From assembly GCF_001949145.1 (NCBI RefSeq), contig NW_019091402.1:1736001-1798000 (forward strand): 62,000 nucleotides of DNA, in the 5' to 3' direction. Source of the stretch: Acanthaster planci (taxonomy: Eukaryota). This document shows, in pieces, positions 10,649 through 22,057 of the stretch. Positions within the stretch are counted from its first letter, which is position 1, and each line of letters begins with the position of its first letter. The position numbers and the translations under genes were made by a program. The notes under the pieces were generated by a model. That model was not told the DNA's origin. It saw nothing but the letters and a program-made list of their open reading frames with translations, and ran no database searches.

Positions 10649-13130
10649 AGTGCGTCCTACCAGGTCATTTTCAAAACAACGAGCGCATTCCATCGCATTT
10701 CTTCGCAAAACTCCCAAAATATTGAATAAATCGATGAAAAATATGCCAGAGGTTTTTAAGCTGTCGTCCTCGATAAAACACGACTAAATGAGCTCTCTAC
10801 GAGATTTCGCCGCGTTATCTTCAAAACATCTGGAAGCTGGACTTTTGTACATATTGTTTTTACATATTACGAAGGGTATACTACAAAATGACCTGGTTGA
10901 ATGCGCTCGTCATCTTTCAGAAAATGACTGCGTCCTACCAGGTAATGATCAAAACAACGAGCGCCTTCCATCGCATTTCTTCGCAAAACTCCCAAAATAT
11001 TTAATAAATTGACGAAAAATATTCAAGACGTTTCTAAGCTGTCGTCCTCGATAAAATACGTCTAAATGAGCTCTCAACAAGATTTCGCCGCGTCATCAAA
11101 AAATCTTAAAGCTGGACTTTTAACGGATCTCGCATTATCTTCGAAAACCAAATTGTTTTTACGTATTATGAAGGGTATACTACAAAATGACCTGGTTGAA
11201 TGCGCTCGTCATCTTTCACAAAATGACGAGTGCGTCCTACCAGGTCATGATCAAAACAACGAGCGCATTCCATCGCATTTCTTCGCAAAACTCCCAAAAA
11301 AATTAATAAATCGATGGAAAATATTCAAGAGGTTTCTGAGCTGTCGTCCTCGATTAAACACGATTAAATGAGCTCTCAACGAGATTTTGCCGCTTCATCT
11401 TCAAATAATCTCAAAGCTGGACTTTTAAACGGTCTCGCATTATCCTCGATAATCAAAATGTTTTTTACGTATTACGAAGGGTATACTACAAAATGACCTG
11501 GTTGAATGCGCTCGTCATCTTTCACAAAATGACGACTGCGTCCTACCAGGCCATTGTCAAAACAACGAGCCGTTCCTTCGCATTTCTTCGCAAAACTCCC
11601 AAAATATTTAATAAATTGACGAAAATATTCAAGACGTTTCTAAGCTGTCGTCCTCGATAAAACACGACTAAATGAGCTCTCGACGAGATTTCGCCGGGTC
11701 ATCTTCAAAAATCTCAAAGCTGGACTTTTAAACGGTGTCGCATTATCCTCGATAATCAAATTGTTTTTACGTATAACGAAGGGTATACTACAAAATGACC
11801 NNNNNNNNNNNNNNNNNNNNNNNNNNNNNNNNNNNNNNNNNNNNNNNNNNNNNNNNNNNNNNNNNNNNNNNNNNNNNNNNNNNNNNNNNNNNNNNNNNNN
11901 NNNNNNNNNNNNNNNNNNNNNNNNNNNNNNNNNNNNNNNNNNNNNNNNNNNNNNNNNNNNNNNNNNNNNNNNNNNNNNNNNNNNNNNNNNNNNNNNNNNN
12001 NNNNNNNNNNNNNNNNNNNNNNNNNNNNNNNNNNNNNNNNNNNNNNNNNNNNNNNNNNNNNNNNNNNNNNNNNNNNNNNNNNNNNNNNNNNNNNNNNNNN
12101 NNNNNNNNNNNNNNNNNNNNNNNNNNNNNNNNNNNNNNNNNNNNNNNNNNNNNNNNNNNNNNNNNNNNNNNNNNNNNNNNNNNNNNNNNNNNNNNNNNNN
12201 NNNNNNNNNNNNNNNNNNNNNNNNNNNNNNNNNNNNNNNNNNNNNNNNNNNNNNNNNNNNNNNNNNNNNNNNNNNNNNNNNNNNNNNNNNNNNNNNNNNN
12301 NNNNNNNNNNNNNNNNNNNNNNNNNNNNNNNNNNNNNNNNNNNNNNNNNNNNNNNNNNNNNNNNNNNNNNNNNNNNNNNNNNNNNNNNNNNNNNNNNNNN
12401 NNNNNNNNNNNNNNNNNNNNNNNNNNNNNNNNNNNNNNNNNNNNNNNNNNNNNNNNNNNNNNNNNNNNNNNNNNNNNNNNNNNNNNNNNNNNNNNNNNNN
12501 NNNNNNNNNNNNNNNNNNNNNNNNNNNNNNNNNNNNNNNNNNNNNNNNNAAAAGATTTAATAAAGCGATGGAAAATATTCAAGACGTTTCTAAGCTGTCG
12601 TCCTCGATAAAACACGATTAAATGAGCTCTCGGCGAGATTTCGCCGGGTCATCTTCAAAAACCTCAAAGCTGGACTTTTAAAGGGTCTCGCATTATCCTC
12701 GATAATCAAATTGTTTTTATGTATTACGAAGGGTATACTACAAAATGACCTGGTTGAATGCGCTCGTCATCTTTCACAAAATGACGAGTGCGTCCCACCA
12801 GGTCATTTTCAAAACAACGAGCGCATTCCATCGCATTTATTTGCAAAATTCCCAAAATGTTTAATAAATCGATGGAAAATATTCAAGACGTTTCTAAGCT
12901 ATCGTCCTCGATAAAACACGACTAAATCAGCTCTCAACGAGCATATTTCGCCGCGTCGTCTTCAAAAAATCTTGAAGCTGGACTTTTAAAGGGTGCGTCC
13001 CACCAGGTCATTTTCAAAACAACGAGCGCACTCTATCGCATGTCTTTGCAAAACTTGGTAAAGTTTAATAAATCGATGAAACAATATTCGGGATGCTTCT
13101 GTGGTGTTTCGTCTTCAGTGAAACACGACT
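10649..13130. repeat. ~300-bp tandem satellite array (interrupted by a gap)
   Basis: Unit starting TGCGTCCYACCAGG recurs at ~10651, 10929, 11231, 11537, 12789 and 12994. Periods 278-306 bp, high identity between copies. Confidence 0.95.
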
Positions 13131-14400
13131 AAAAAAAAAAGCTAGCAATGAGCATATTTTTGAAAATGAATATCCGAACGTTGTCTTCGAGAAAAATACC
13201 GAAAAATTTTAAAATTCTCGTTATTGGTGCTCTGTCGTAGATATGCTTAGCAATTATACGCTAACATCTTGGAACAAAGTTACGAAGCGATCATCATGAC
13301 GTCATCTTTGGAAAAGGCATGCCGGTTTTATCCCTGTATCTTATAAATATTACAAAGGTATCCTGCAAAATGGCTGGGTTAAATGCGGTCATCATGCGGC
13401 ATTTAATACAACTAGCGTACCCAATCATGTCACAAACATCCTGTTATTCAAATGTCATCTCGTTGTCTTAAAAAACAAATTACCAAACATTTTAAAAAGC
13501 GAAGCAATTCGAAATTGTCTTTTTCAAACGAACATCGCTGAACAATTTCAGCATGTAAATTTAAAATACACCCAAGCGATTCCACGTCCTCACCTTCGAA
13601 AACGTCATTGCCTTCGAAAAAAAATCTGACCGTTGCCTTCGAAAAAAAATCTGACCGAATTCACCTGGTGCAACTGACGTAAGGGTTGTTTTTGATTCAA
13701 AATCACGAAGCGATTCCACACCGGTAATCATCAAAAAGTTGAACAGTTTGACTCGTCATCTTCATAAAAAATTATGACGATTTCACGTCATTTCTTCACG
13801 AAAGTAAAAAGGCCTGTGTCTTAGAAAAAAAATTACGAAGTCTTTCTGTACCGTCATCTTCGAAAACAATGCTGTGCGATCTACCTTTGTCATCTTTTAC
13901 AAAAACTTGTTGGATCGATTTATTCACCAAGTTCATCTTCAAAAAAGTAGAAAAATCCTCATAATTACCGAATGCTACTACGCCATCTTCGGAAAAGCTG
14001 GCAGAGATTCCTCTTAACGTGTTCTTAAGTTTACTAAGCGTTTCCACGCCGTCTAATAAATTGAAAGGAAAGATTCCGCCATCGAAAACAAAGTATTGTG
14101 AAGCGATTTCGCGCCGTTATCTTAGATATTACTCACAGAGCGTTTTCGTTTCGTGATATTTCTAAAAAAAAGACTGACGCACTCATGAGAATGACGGGTT
14201 GAGTGCACGTTCACCAAGTCATTGACAATTAAAACGAGCGTTTGGCAACGCTTCGTCGTTATCTCGAATCGATTTCCCCTGTCCGTTAATTTTCACAAAA
14301 TTGTAAAGCAATTTCAATTCGTTACCTTCGGGAAAACACCACAAAATCATGAGTCCGTTTTACTTAGTCAACATCGTCTTTCTTGTTTTCCCGTCGATGA
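13131..14400. repeat. Highly diverged array of the satellite's short subunit (core CGTCATCTTCGAAAA)
   Basis: Core variants at ~13179, 13300, 13459, 13590-13655 (with an exact ~25-bp duplication), 13752, 13851, 13888, 13931, 13981 and 14320. Confidence 0.7.
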
Positions 14401-15314
14401 GATCCGGAAAAGACAGAATTGCTGCACTTCATCAATTAAAACATTAAATGGTTTGGAAACCTGTGTTTGTAATTGGTTTGTATTCTCTGGTAACCGTAGC
14501 CTAACATTTTAATGTAGTGAGGCCTAGTCAAAAATTGATGAAATTAGCTAGGCTTAGAAATAAGACCTTACCGGGTACCTGACGTGACAAACTGATTTGT
14601 GTGGTGTTTTGCAAAAATCTTACCTGCCAAGGCCAATTTCTTGTTTTATCAGCCAGACAACACCAGAAGGAGAACTACCTTTGATAATACCGGTATGCCA
14701 TGCTTGGAGAGGGACGTGCAACCTCAAGATGGGACCTCTCGGGATGATGTTGAGTGATTGGGACCAGGGCGAACTGGTGACGACCCCTGACTCTGCTTGA
14801 GTTGCTTGCCATTGTGAAATGGTAAGTTGCTCAAATCACAACGTAAAAACAATTCGTAAAACGTAGTAGTAAATTTGCTAATCGCAGATGTTCACTTCAC
14901 TCTGTTCTTCTAAATACAGAGCTCAGGGATGCTGCTCCAAGACCGTTTCTACATCTAACGGGACGTAGTTCTGGAACGCCACTTACACAGCAGGAGGTCT
15001 TGGCTTGCCCCCGTCACATCTTTCAAGCCGTTAAGGTTCGCCTTACTTCTTGAACTCGAGCCCTAGATATTATATAGCCTCTTATCTGTTGTGGATCGGA
15101 ATATTTACCAAACATATTTACAGCGCTAAGACCTGCCTGAGTTCAGTCTTGCGCTTGGTCATCAGATTTGCTCCCTTTTCACCAAACTTCCAATGAATAA
15201 CGCAACCAGCACCATGAATGCTGTCAAATATGAATGACCCTCTTCATATCAGTGTCTCTGTAACTCATTTCAGCTTTAATCTGTTTGTGACCTCACTAAA
15301 TGGAAATCAATGTG

Positions 15315-15517
15315 CACTGCAAAACAAGTGGTGTTAAATCAACACTTTTTGGCGTTTTCAGAGGGAAACACTATAGGGTGTTACTTTAGCACCGCTGGTG
15401 TTACAATTCACTAGAGGGTTCTCAAGGTAATACCAAAGTTTTAACACCAGTGAAAAGTGGTGTGTAGTCTGCTAATAACACTGGGGTGTTAAATTTAACA
15501 CCAGAGATTTTGCATTG
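15315..15517. mobile_element. MITE with CACTGCAAAA termini and internal GGTGTT/AACACC repeats
   Basis: CACTGCAAAA...GGTGTTAAATCAACAC vs GTGTTAAATTTAACACC...TTTTGCATTG. Confidence 0.6.
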
Positions 15518-17689
15518 CGACAGTGCCCAAATATTTCCATAAATATCGACCACGTAAAGCACTTTTATACTTAAAAAACCATTCAGAAAAAAACAATTAC
15601 GTAGTCCTCTGACGATAAACTATTTCTATGTCATTTATGCAGGTTCCTGACGACTACACACCGATGACATCAGTGGCCAAACGCCGAGGTTTTCTACCCC
15701 CTTTGACCTGGGCTTACATGTACTTCGTGGATGCGCTAATGTGCGCTTACAATTAGCATTCTATGCTTACATCGCTTGCACATATCCTATACAAGCTGAG
15801 TAAGCTGAAAATCTTTGCTTGGGATACGTCAATGTGCTTACCCAAATGTCCCTGCTAACCAACTCAAAAATACTTTTTAAAAATGATTTTTAACTACTTT
15901 GTACGGATATCGTGGGAACAGGCTGCCAAAACAAATTACTCTTTAAATGTGACACTGGCAGAAAACTGAACTGAAGACCAATTTGGTAGGCAACTGTTTG
16001 GAGTGGATTTTTTTTACCATTCTGTTGAAGCAAAGTTGGTATTGATTGTTGAGTGTTTTAAAAAAAAACACTCTTACAGATTAAATTAATTTTACTTTTT
16101 GAGAGGGTATGCGAAACAACCGCGAGTACTTTTTGGCTCTTTGGCAGGAAATAATACTCTATTTATTCTAAGTATTCTGCTGTGGCTAACGGACAGTCCT
16201 CATACAGGTTGTCTCTGCTTGAAAAAAATCCAATCATTCCCGAAACTTCCACGATGCTCTGTAACAGTTGAGCAGGGGCATTTTTAACGACTCCTCAACA
16301 TGTCGATCAAACATTCATCAGGTACTCTGCTTTTTGAGACAAAGGCCATTATTTTGTACAAGTTCCAATGTGAAGAGAATAATGGATCAAGCTACAAATG
16401 CGGCTGAAGTTTCCATTCGAAAACACCAGCAATGCATGTAGATAATTTTCCGAAGGTCGTGATGACATTTTAATTTTATTTTTCAAATCACTTGGCCTTA
16501 GACTTTCAGAACCTTTCAAGACGGCTCAAAATTGATAATAAAATTGCATTTTGAAGACTGAAGAGATGTACTGATTTGTGTGCTTTGTAACAAAAAAGTA
16601 ACAATGAGGTATGCAATAATGTGAAGAGTGATTTCATTTGTGTCAGTCTCGATACGGGATCCTGTATATGTCTGATCAAAAGTGTGATCGATTTATAAGG
16701 AAATGAGTTGGTAATCATAACATCAGTGACACACCCCTTTCGTTTTTAATGTTGGTTTCTCCCAGTTATGTGCGATGATGGCCTTAGCAAAGTTTATTAC
16801 CTTTGTAGCACCAAAAAGTCGCTTCCCGAAAAAGTTCCTTGGGGTGCCATCTCATTTCTTATGATTCGATTACGTTTTTGATTATCAAAGAAGTCAAGTC
16901 AAACTGAGCCGGAAGAGAAATAGGACTATCAGTTGTCATTCAGAATTCTTCATTCAGAATTCGCTTGTACGCCACTGGGCTTACGCTGGGAAGGGCAAAC
17001 GCCTTTTACAAAAACTTGTGGAGGAAATACGTAACAGATACCAACCAGAAAAGCATTGTGGGCTACTTGCTGTCTTCGTTCACGCGTGCATTCATTGCAC
17101 AGGTATCGTGCGCATGCAGTTTTGACCCTTGTTATTGTCCAATGAACTTTGCCACTGAGTGCTTGACAAACATTGCGTCACGCAGTTGTTCTTCTCGATA
17201 TGGGAACACGCGAATGGCCAGAACAGCATGCCTATCGTCAGACGAGGTCCGTAGTAAACTCCCTGCCGGCCGCAACAGGTGAAGATATTCCCCAGCAACT
17301 GGCTGATTGAGGAAGAGCTTTACCAGCCAGCGGTGCCAGAGAAGAGAGCACAAGATCATGATGCTTCAAACAACGCTCACAAGACTATGTAGAGATTATT
17401 TATTGCAGCACCTTTAGCGTCTCTGGGCTTCAATGTTGGGAGGCGGCTATTTGGCATCGCTTCTGAATATTAAAAAAAGATGCCCCCTCCATATTTTCAA
17501 TGTGTTTCGCGAAAATGGTTGAGGCATTCGGTACGATGGCCTTTCTGAGAAAACATTTTTCATAGAGCTTTCTTTCTGTTGACATCACACCAAAACACGT
17601 GTGAGAAAGAAGCTCACCAGCTGTTGTGTACCTCGTCACACCAATAATCAGCACAGGACAAAAATGTACGACAGCAAGAATCGAAGATT

Positions 17690-17775
17690 CTGGCAACTGT
17701 TTGCGCAGCGATGCCTAATCCGCAAGATTAATGTTTCCCAGAATGGCATCACGGTTTGGCTCATCATTATAGACA
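17690..17775. repeat. Dispersed repeat fragment; second copy in opposite orientation at ~29765-29860
   Basis: gaatggcatcacggtttggctcat is the reverse complement of atgagccaaactgtgatgtcattc, with further similarity alongside. Confidence 0.5.
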
Positions 17776-20700
17776 TTTGTATTGGCATGACGTAAAAAAG
17801 GAACAAAAATGTCATCCTGATAGGAAAAACGGAAGTTGGAAAACGATAAATTGGGACTAAGGGCGTATCCAGAACCAAGTTGGGGGGAAACAATTATGAA
17901 ATTTGCAGGAAATATTTTATGGCCTATATTTGAGGGTCTAGAGGGTACCTTTTACGCGCTTTGGGAAGGAAGGGAAGTGAAATTGATCAAAATAATAGCC
18001 GCTCATCGGAGCGTCACCATATTCTATGGTTTTCATTATTTTCTTACTGTGAGGGAGGGTCGGTCGAGGGGAAATTGGGTTACTTGCTTTCCACCGGAAA
18101 TTCTTCAGATAACCCTTTTTTCGTGGTTGCGAATTCCAGACGGGGTTGGCGGTAGCGTAAAAAAGGTTTTTCCTCGATTGGAGCCGATCGGTCGAAAATC
18201 TGAACCACAGAATGAACGAACCCCCTCCCAGTCCTGGGAGGGAGGATAGCCCTGTTTCCCCTCCCCGGATCTACCTCTTAAATAGGAAAATCGGGTTTAA
18301 GGGGTTGTGTGAATAGCCAACAGCTCTAGCAACAATGGGTGAAGAACTCGCCCCTTCCCGTTCAGTTTGCCTTGCTCTGCGGTGTGAGCGACATTTTCGG
18401 GCTCCGCGAGGATCCGATCACTACAGAGCTCCAGCAAGTGTGGGCGAAGAACGCCCATGAAGTCTGCCTTGCGCTGTGGTGTGAGCGTTTAATACCGAGG
18501 GGTGCACTGTCCCAATTCAAAGAAAATTCGCCGCCGGGCCGAGGCGCTTAAAAAGTACCTCTACAAATTCTTTCGGAAAGGAGTCTGTGTGGGCCAAGAA
18601 ATTGTGTAAGTATATGGCCCAGGATCAACTCTCTAGATCAAGGGCTCACATTCGGGGCAAAACGGACAAAAATGTTATTGAAAAAATGTCGGAAGAGCCT
18701 TCAAAAGTCTAGGGATGTTATTTGACAAATGGCTGAGAAGACTTGGAAACGTTCATTTTTTTTGGGGGGGGGGTGAGTTTGCTTTTGGCGGATAATTGAA
18801 ATTTTAATTGGTTTACCTTCTACAATTTAAAAAATCAAATGAAATCTGAAGGACCAAAAGTCAGATTTTGTTATTTTTTGCTTGAGAGGCTTCAACCTTG
18901 GGACTTCGGTTCATTTTACACCATTTCCGATCGAGTTCAATTAGTGCAGCGCACCCTGGGTGATGTCCTTTGGACTCCACTGTATCAGGCCAGCGTTTAT
19001 TGCGGTTTCTTTGGCATGAAACGACCGAGAATATTTCTCCCCACCCCCTTCTGCTGTGAGATGGTACAAAATAACCTGGCAACTTCAGGGTTAACACTGG
19101 GATAAAACTGACGGAACTTGATGACATTGATTGGTTTCTCCCAGCAATCCCGGAAGGAGGAATTTCCATTGTGTTTGCTGCATCAGAGTCTATCTGCCAT
19201 AAAATGCTGACAACCATAGAGGGCGCTATTACCACTCCATGAAGGCTACGACATCACACAATGGTAATGGAAAGATTTATACCAGGCAGGATATGGGACG
19301 GAGGGGTGCCCGCCCCCTTACCTGTCCAATCCCTGTACACACTCTAGACTATTGTTACNNNNNNNNNNNNNNNNNNNNNNNNNNNNNNNNNNNNNNNNNN
19401 NNNNNNNNNNNNNNNNNNNNNNNNNNNNNNNNNNNNNNNNNNNNNNNNNNNNNNNNNNNNNNNNNNNNNNNNNNNNNNNNNNNNNNNNNNNNNNNNNNNN
19501 NNNNNNNNNNNNNNNNNNNNNNNNNNNNNNNNNNNNNNNNNNNNNNNNNNNNNNNNNNNNNNNNNNNNNNNNNNNNNNNNNNNNNNNNNNNNNNNNNNNN
19601 NNNNNNNNNNNNNNNNNNNNNNNNNNNNNNNNNNNNNNNNNNNNNNNNNNNNNNNNNNNNNNNNNNNNNNNNNNNNNNNNNNNNNNNNNNNNNNNNNNNN
19701 NNNNNNNNNNNNNNNNNNNNNNNNNNNNNNNNNNNNNNNNNNNNNNNNNNNNNNNNNNNNNNNNNNNNNNNNNNNNNNNNNNNNNNNNNNNNNNNNNNNN
19801 NNNNNNNNNNNNNNNNNNNNNNNNNNNNNNNNNNNNNNNNNNNNNNNNNNNNNNNNNNNNNNNNNNNNNNNNNNNNNNNNNNNNNNNNNNNNNNNNNNNN
19901 NNNNNNNNNNNNNNNNNNNNNNNNNNNNNNNNNNNNNNNNNNNNNNNNNNNNNNNNNNNNNNNNNNNNNNNNNNNNNNNNNNNNNNNNNNNNNNNNNNNN
20001 NNNNNNNNNNNNNNNNNNNNNNNNNNNNNNNNNNNNNNNNNNNNNNNNNNNNNNNNNNNNNNNNNNNNNNNNNNNNNNNNNNNNNNNNNNNNNNNNNNNN
20101 NNNNNNNNNNNNNNNNNNNNNNNNNNNNNNNNNNNNNNNNNNNNNNNNNNNNNNNNNNNNNNNNNNNNNNNNNNNNNNNNNNNNNNNNNNNNNNNNNNNN
20201 NNNNNNNNNNNNNNNNNNNNNNNNNNNNNNNNNNNNNNNNNNNNNNNNNNNNNNNNNNNNNNNNNNNNNNNNNNNNNNNNNNNNNNNNNNNNNNNNNNNN
20301 NNNNNNNNNNNNNNNNNNNNNNNNNNNNNNNNNNNNNNNNNNNNNNNNNNNNNNNNNNNNNNNNNNNNNNNNNNNNTGTTCCATATTGCTATTGGGTTTA
20401 TTGTAGCCCTTATAAAATTGAGACTTTAAAGGCTCTAAGAGGGAACATTCTATAAGGAGCTTGGAAGATGTTTCAGACTGGCAGGGCTTCCATGTAGGAT
20501 GAGGCTGTAATGTAAAATCTAAAGATGGAAACAGATATACCTTAAACTCTGGCAGTGAAAAATGGTCCAGATTAGGAGAAGGGTCAAGTGGCAAAATACT
20601 ATAGTTTTACAAATAGACATACATATACAAACAAGTTGTTCTGCTAGTTAAAATAAATGAGCATTTATTTCACTTGCAAATAGAAATTGACTGGTTTGAT

Positions 20701-21136
20701 TGTTTCACCTACACACAAAGCATTTTTGCAAGGTAATATTTTCAAATGAAACAAATTTCATGTCAGTGCTTAAAGGGCCTAATTAGAATGCACTAAAAGG
20801 TGTTTGGTGAAAAACATTGTTTTAGACATTAATTTGTGATCCCAAATTAGTTAAAATTTAAGCATGATGGCCCCTCAAAAAAAGTTTTATGACTAAAGAT
20901 TAAAAAACTATTTAAATCAAATATTTCTTTCATGCACAGAGTAAGGCCCTTAGAGTGTTTTCAAAAATTACATTTTTGCAGTAATGGCCTTTCAGTACTG
21001 AGCCAACAATTTGGGGACTTGCAGTTTTGTGATAATCTTAAGTGAGAGACTTTTTTCTAATGCTCTGGCAATGTGGATGTACAAGTTGGAAAATACAAAA
21101 TGCACATAGAATTTTGTCCAAGGAAAAACTTCTAAA

Positions 21137-21228
21137 AATGAACAAAGAAATTGACTGGAGCAGGATTTGAACCTGCAACATCTGGAACACCGTACCAGCG
21201 CTCTACCAACTGAGCTATCCAGCCCTAC
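21137..21228 (-). mobile_element. tRNA-derived SINE head / tRNA pseudogene
   Basis: Minus strand reads GGCTGGATAGCTCAGTTGGTAGAGCGCTGGTACGGTGTTCCAGATGTTGCAGGTTCAAATCCTGCTCCAGTCAATTTCTTTGTTC. A/B boxes and the acceptor, D and T stems are intact, but the anticodon arm is non-canonical. Confidence 0.7.
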
Positions 21229-21303
21229 ATCAACAGTTACGTGTAAATTTTTCATGCCAAGATACATACATCTTCAAAGTGCTTCCTTTCTGAGACTCAG
21301 AAT

Positions 21304-21642
21304 CACAAATAGCGCCCTCACATTACCAGAATATACTCATAAACAGTACCCTCACATAACTGCAATATCATTGTAACTCATAATAATGCCCTCACATTAC
21401 CACGATATCGATTTAACTCATAAACAGTGCCCTCACATAACTGCAATATCATTGTAACTCATAAATAGCGCCCTCACATTCCGCAATATCATTTTAACTC
21501 ATAAACAGAGCCCTCACATTATCGCAATATCATTCTTACTCATAAACAATGCCCTCACATTACTGCAATATAATTCTTACTCATAAACGGGGCCCCCACA
21601 TTACTGCAATATCATTCTAACTCATAAACAGTGCCCTCACAT
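21304..21642. repeat. Minisatellite, ~41-bp unit, ~8 copies
   Basis: Unit approximately CATAAACAGTGCCCTCACATTACTGCAATATCATTNTAACT. Confidence 0.93.
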
Positions 21643-22057
21643 GACTTGGTTAAAATCCAATTTTTTATACATCATTTTCGGGGCCGTAAACGACCTGGAC
21701 AAGGTGCTGACCAAAGTTGTTTTTTTTCCAGTGTTGTGAGACTTCAGTACTCTGTAGCGGACGTTTCTTGTTTTGATGCCAGAAAATAGCCAAATTAAAT
21801 GACGCTCATTTTTTGCCATGTGAATACCATTTGTTTAAATTATTAATCAACTACGTATGATCCTTTGAGTAGTGTACAAATGCAGATAAACTTGCTCCAT
21901 CACTAAGGTGGAAGCAAGGAACTGCATCTCTGAGAAGACTGAGTCCTTTCCTTGCCTTTTTGTGAATCAATGCCTAAGATTCTGACGAGGATCCCTCATG
22001 CAATCTTGGAAACTGTTCCTCCTCAGTGACGGAGGCGAGGACTGGCATCTATCTGAG

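Noticed and set aside
9641..12621. Long ORFs of 270-416 aa here and at 19239-20594, and shorter ones at 40919-41418
   Set aside because: They consist almost entirely of X and span assembly gaps.
10788..12914. Repeated short ORFs (KGILQNDLVECARHLS...)
   Set aside because: Translations of the satellite unit; frames and stops differ between copies.
13131..14400. Conserved core with unique spacers, superficially CRISPR-like
   Set aside because: Cores are short and degenerate, spacing is irregular, there are no cas genes, the context is eukaryotic, and the core is shared with the adjacent satellite.
21153..21225. Functional tRNA gene
   Set aside because: The anticodon loop lacks U33, the stem has a mismatch, and a SINE-type tail follows.
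21304..21642. 41-bp array as a CRISPR array or CTCF array
   Set aside because: The whole unit repeats with no unique spacers. GCCCTCAC only partly matches the motif. It is an ordinary minisatellite.
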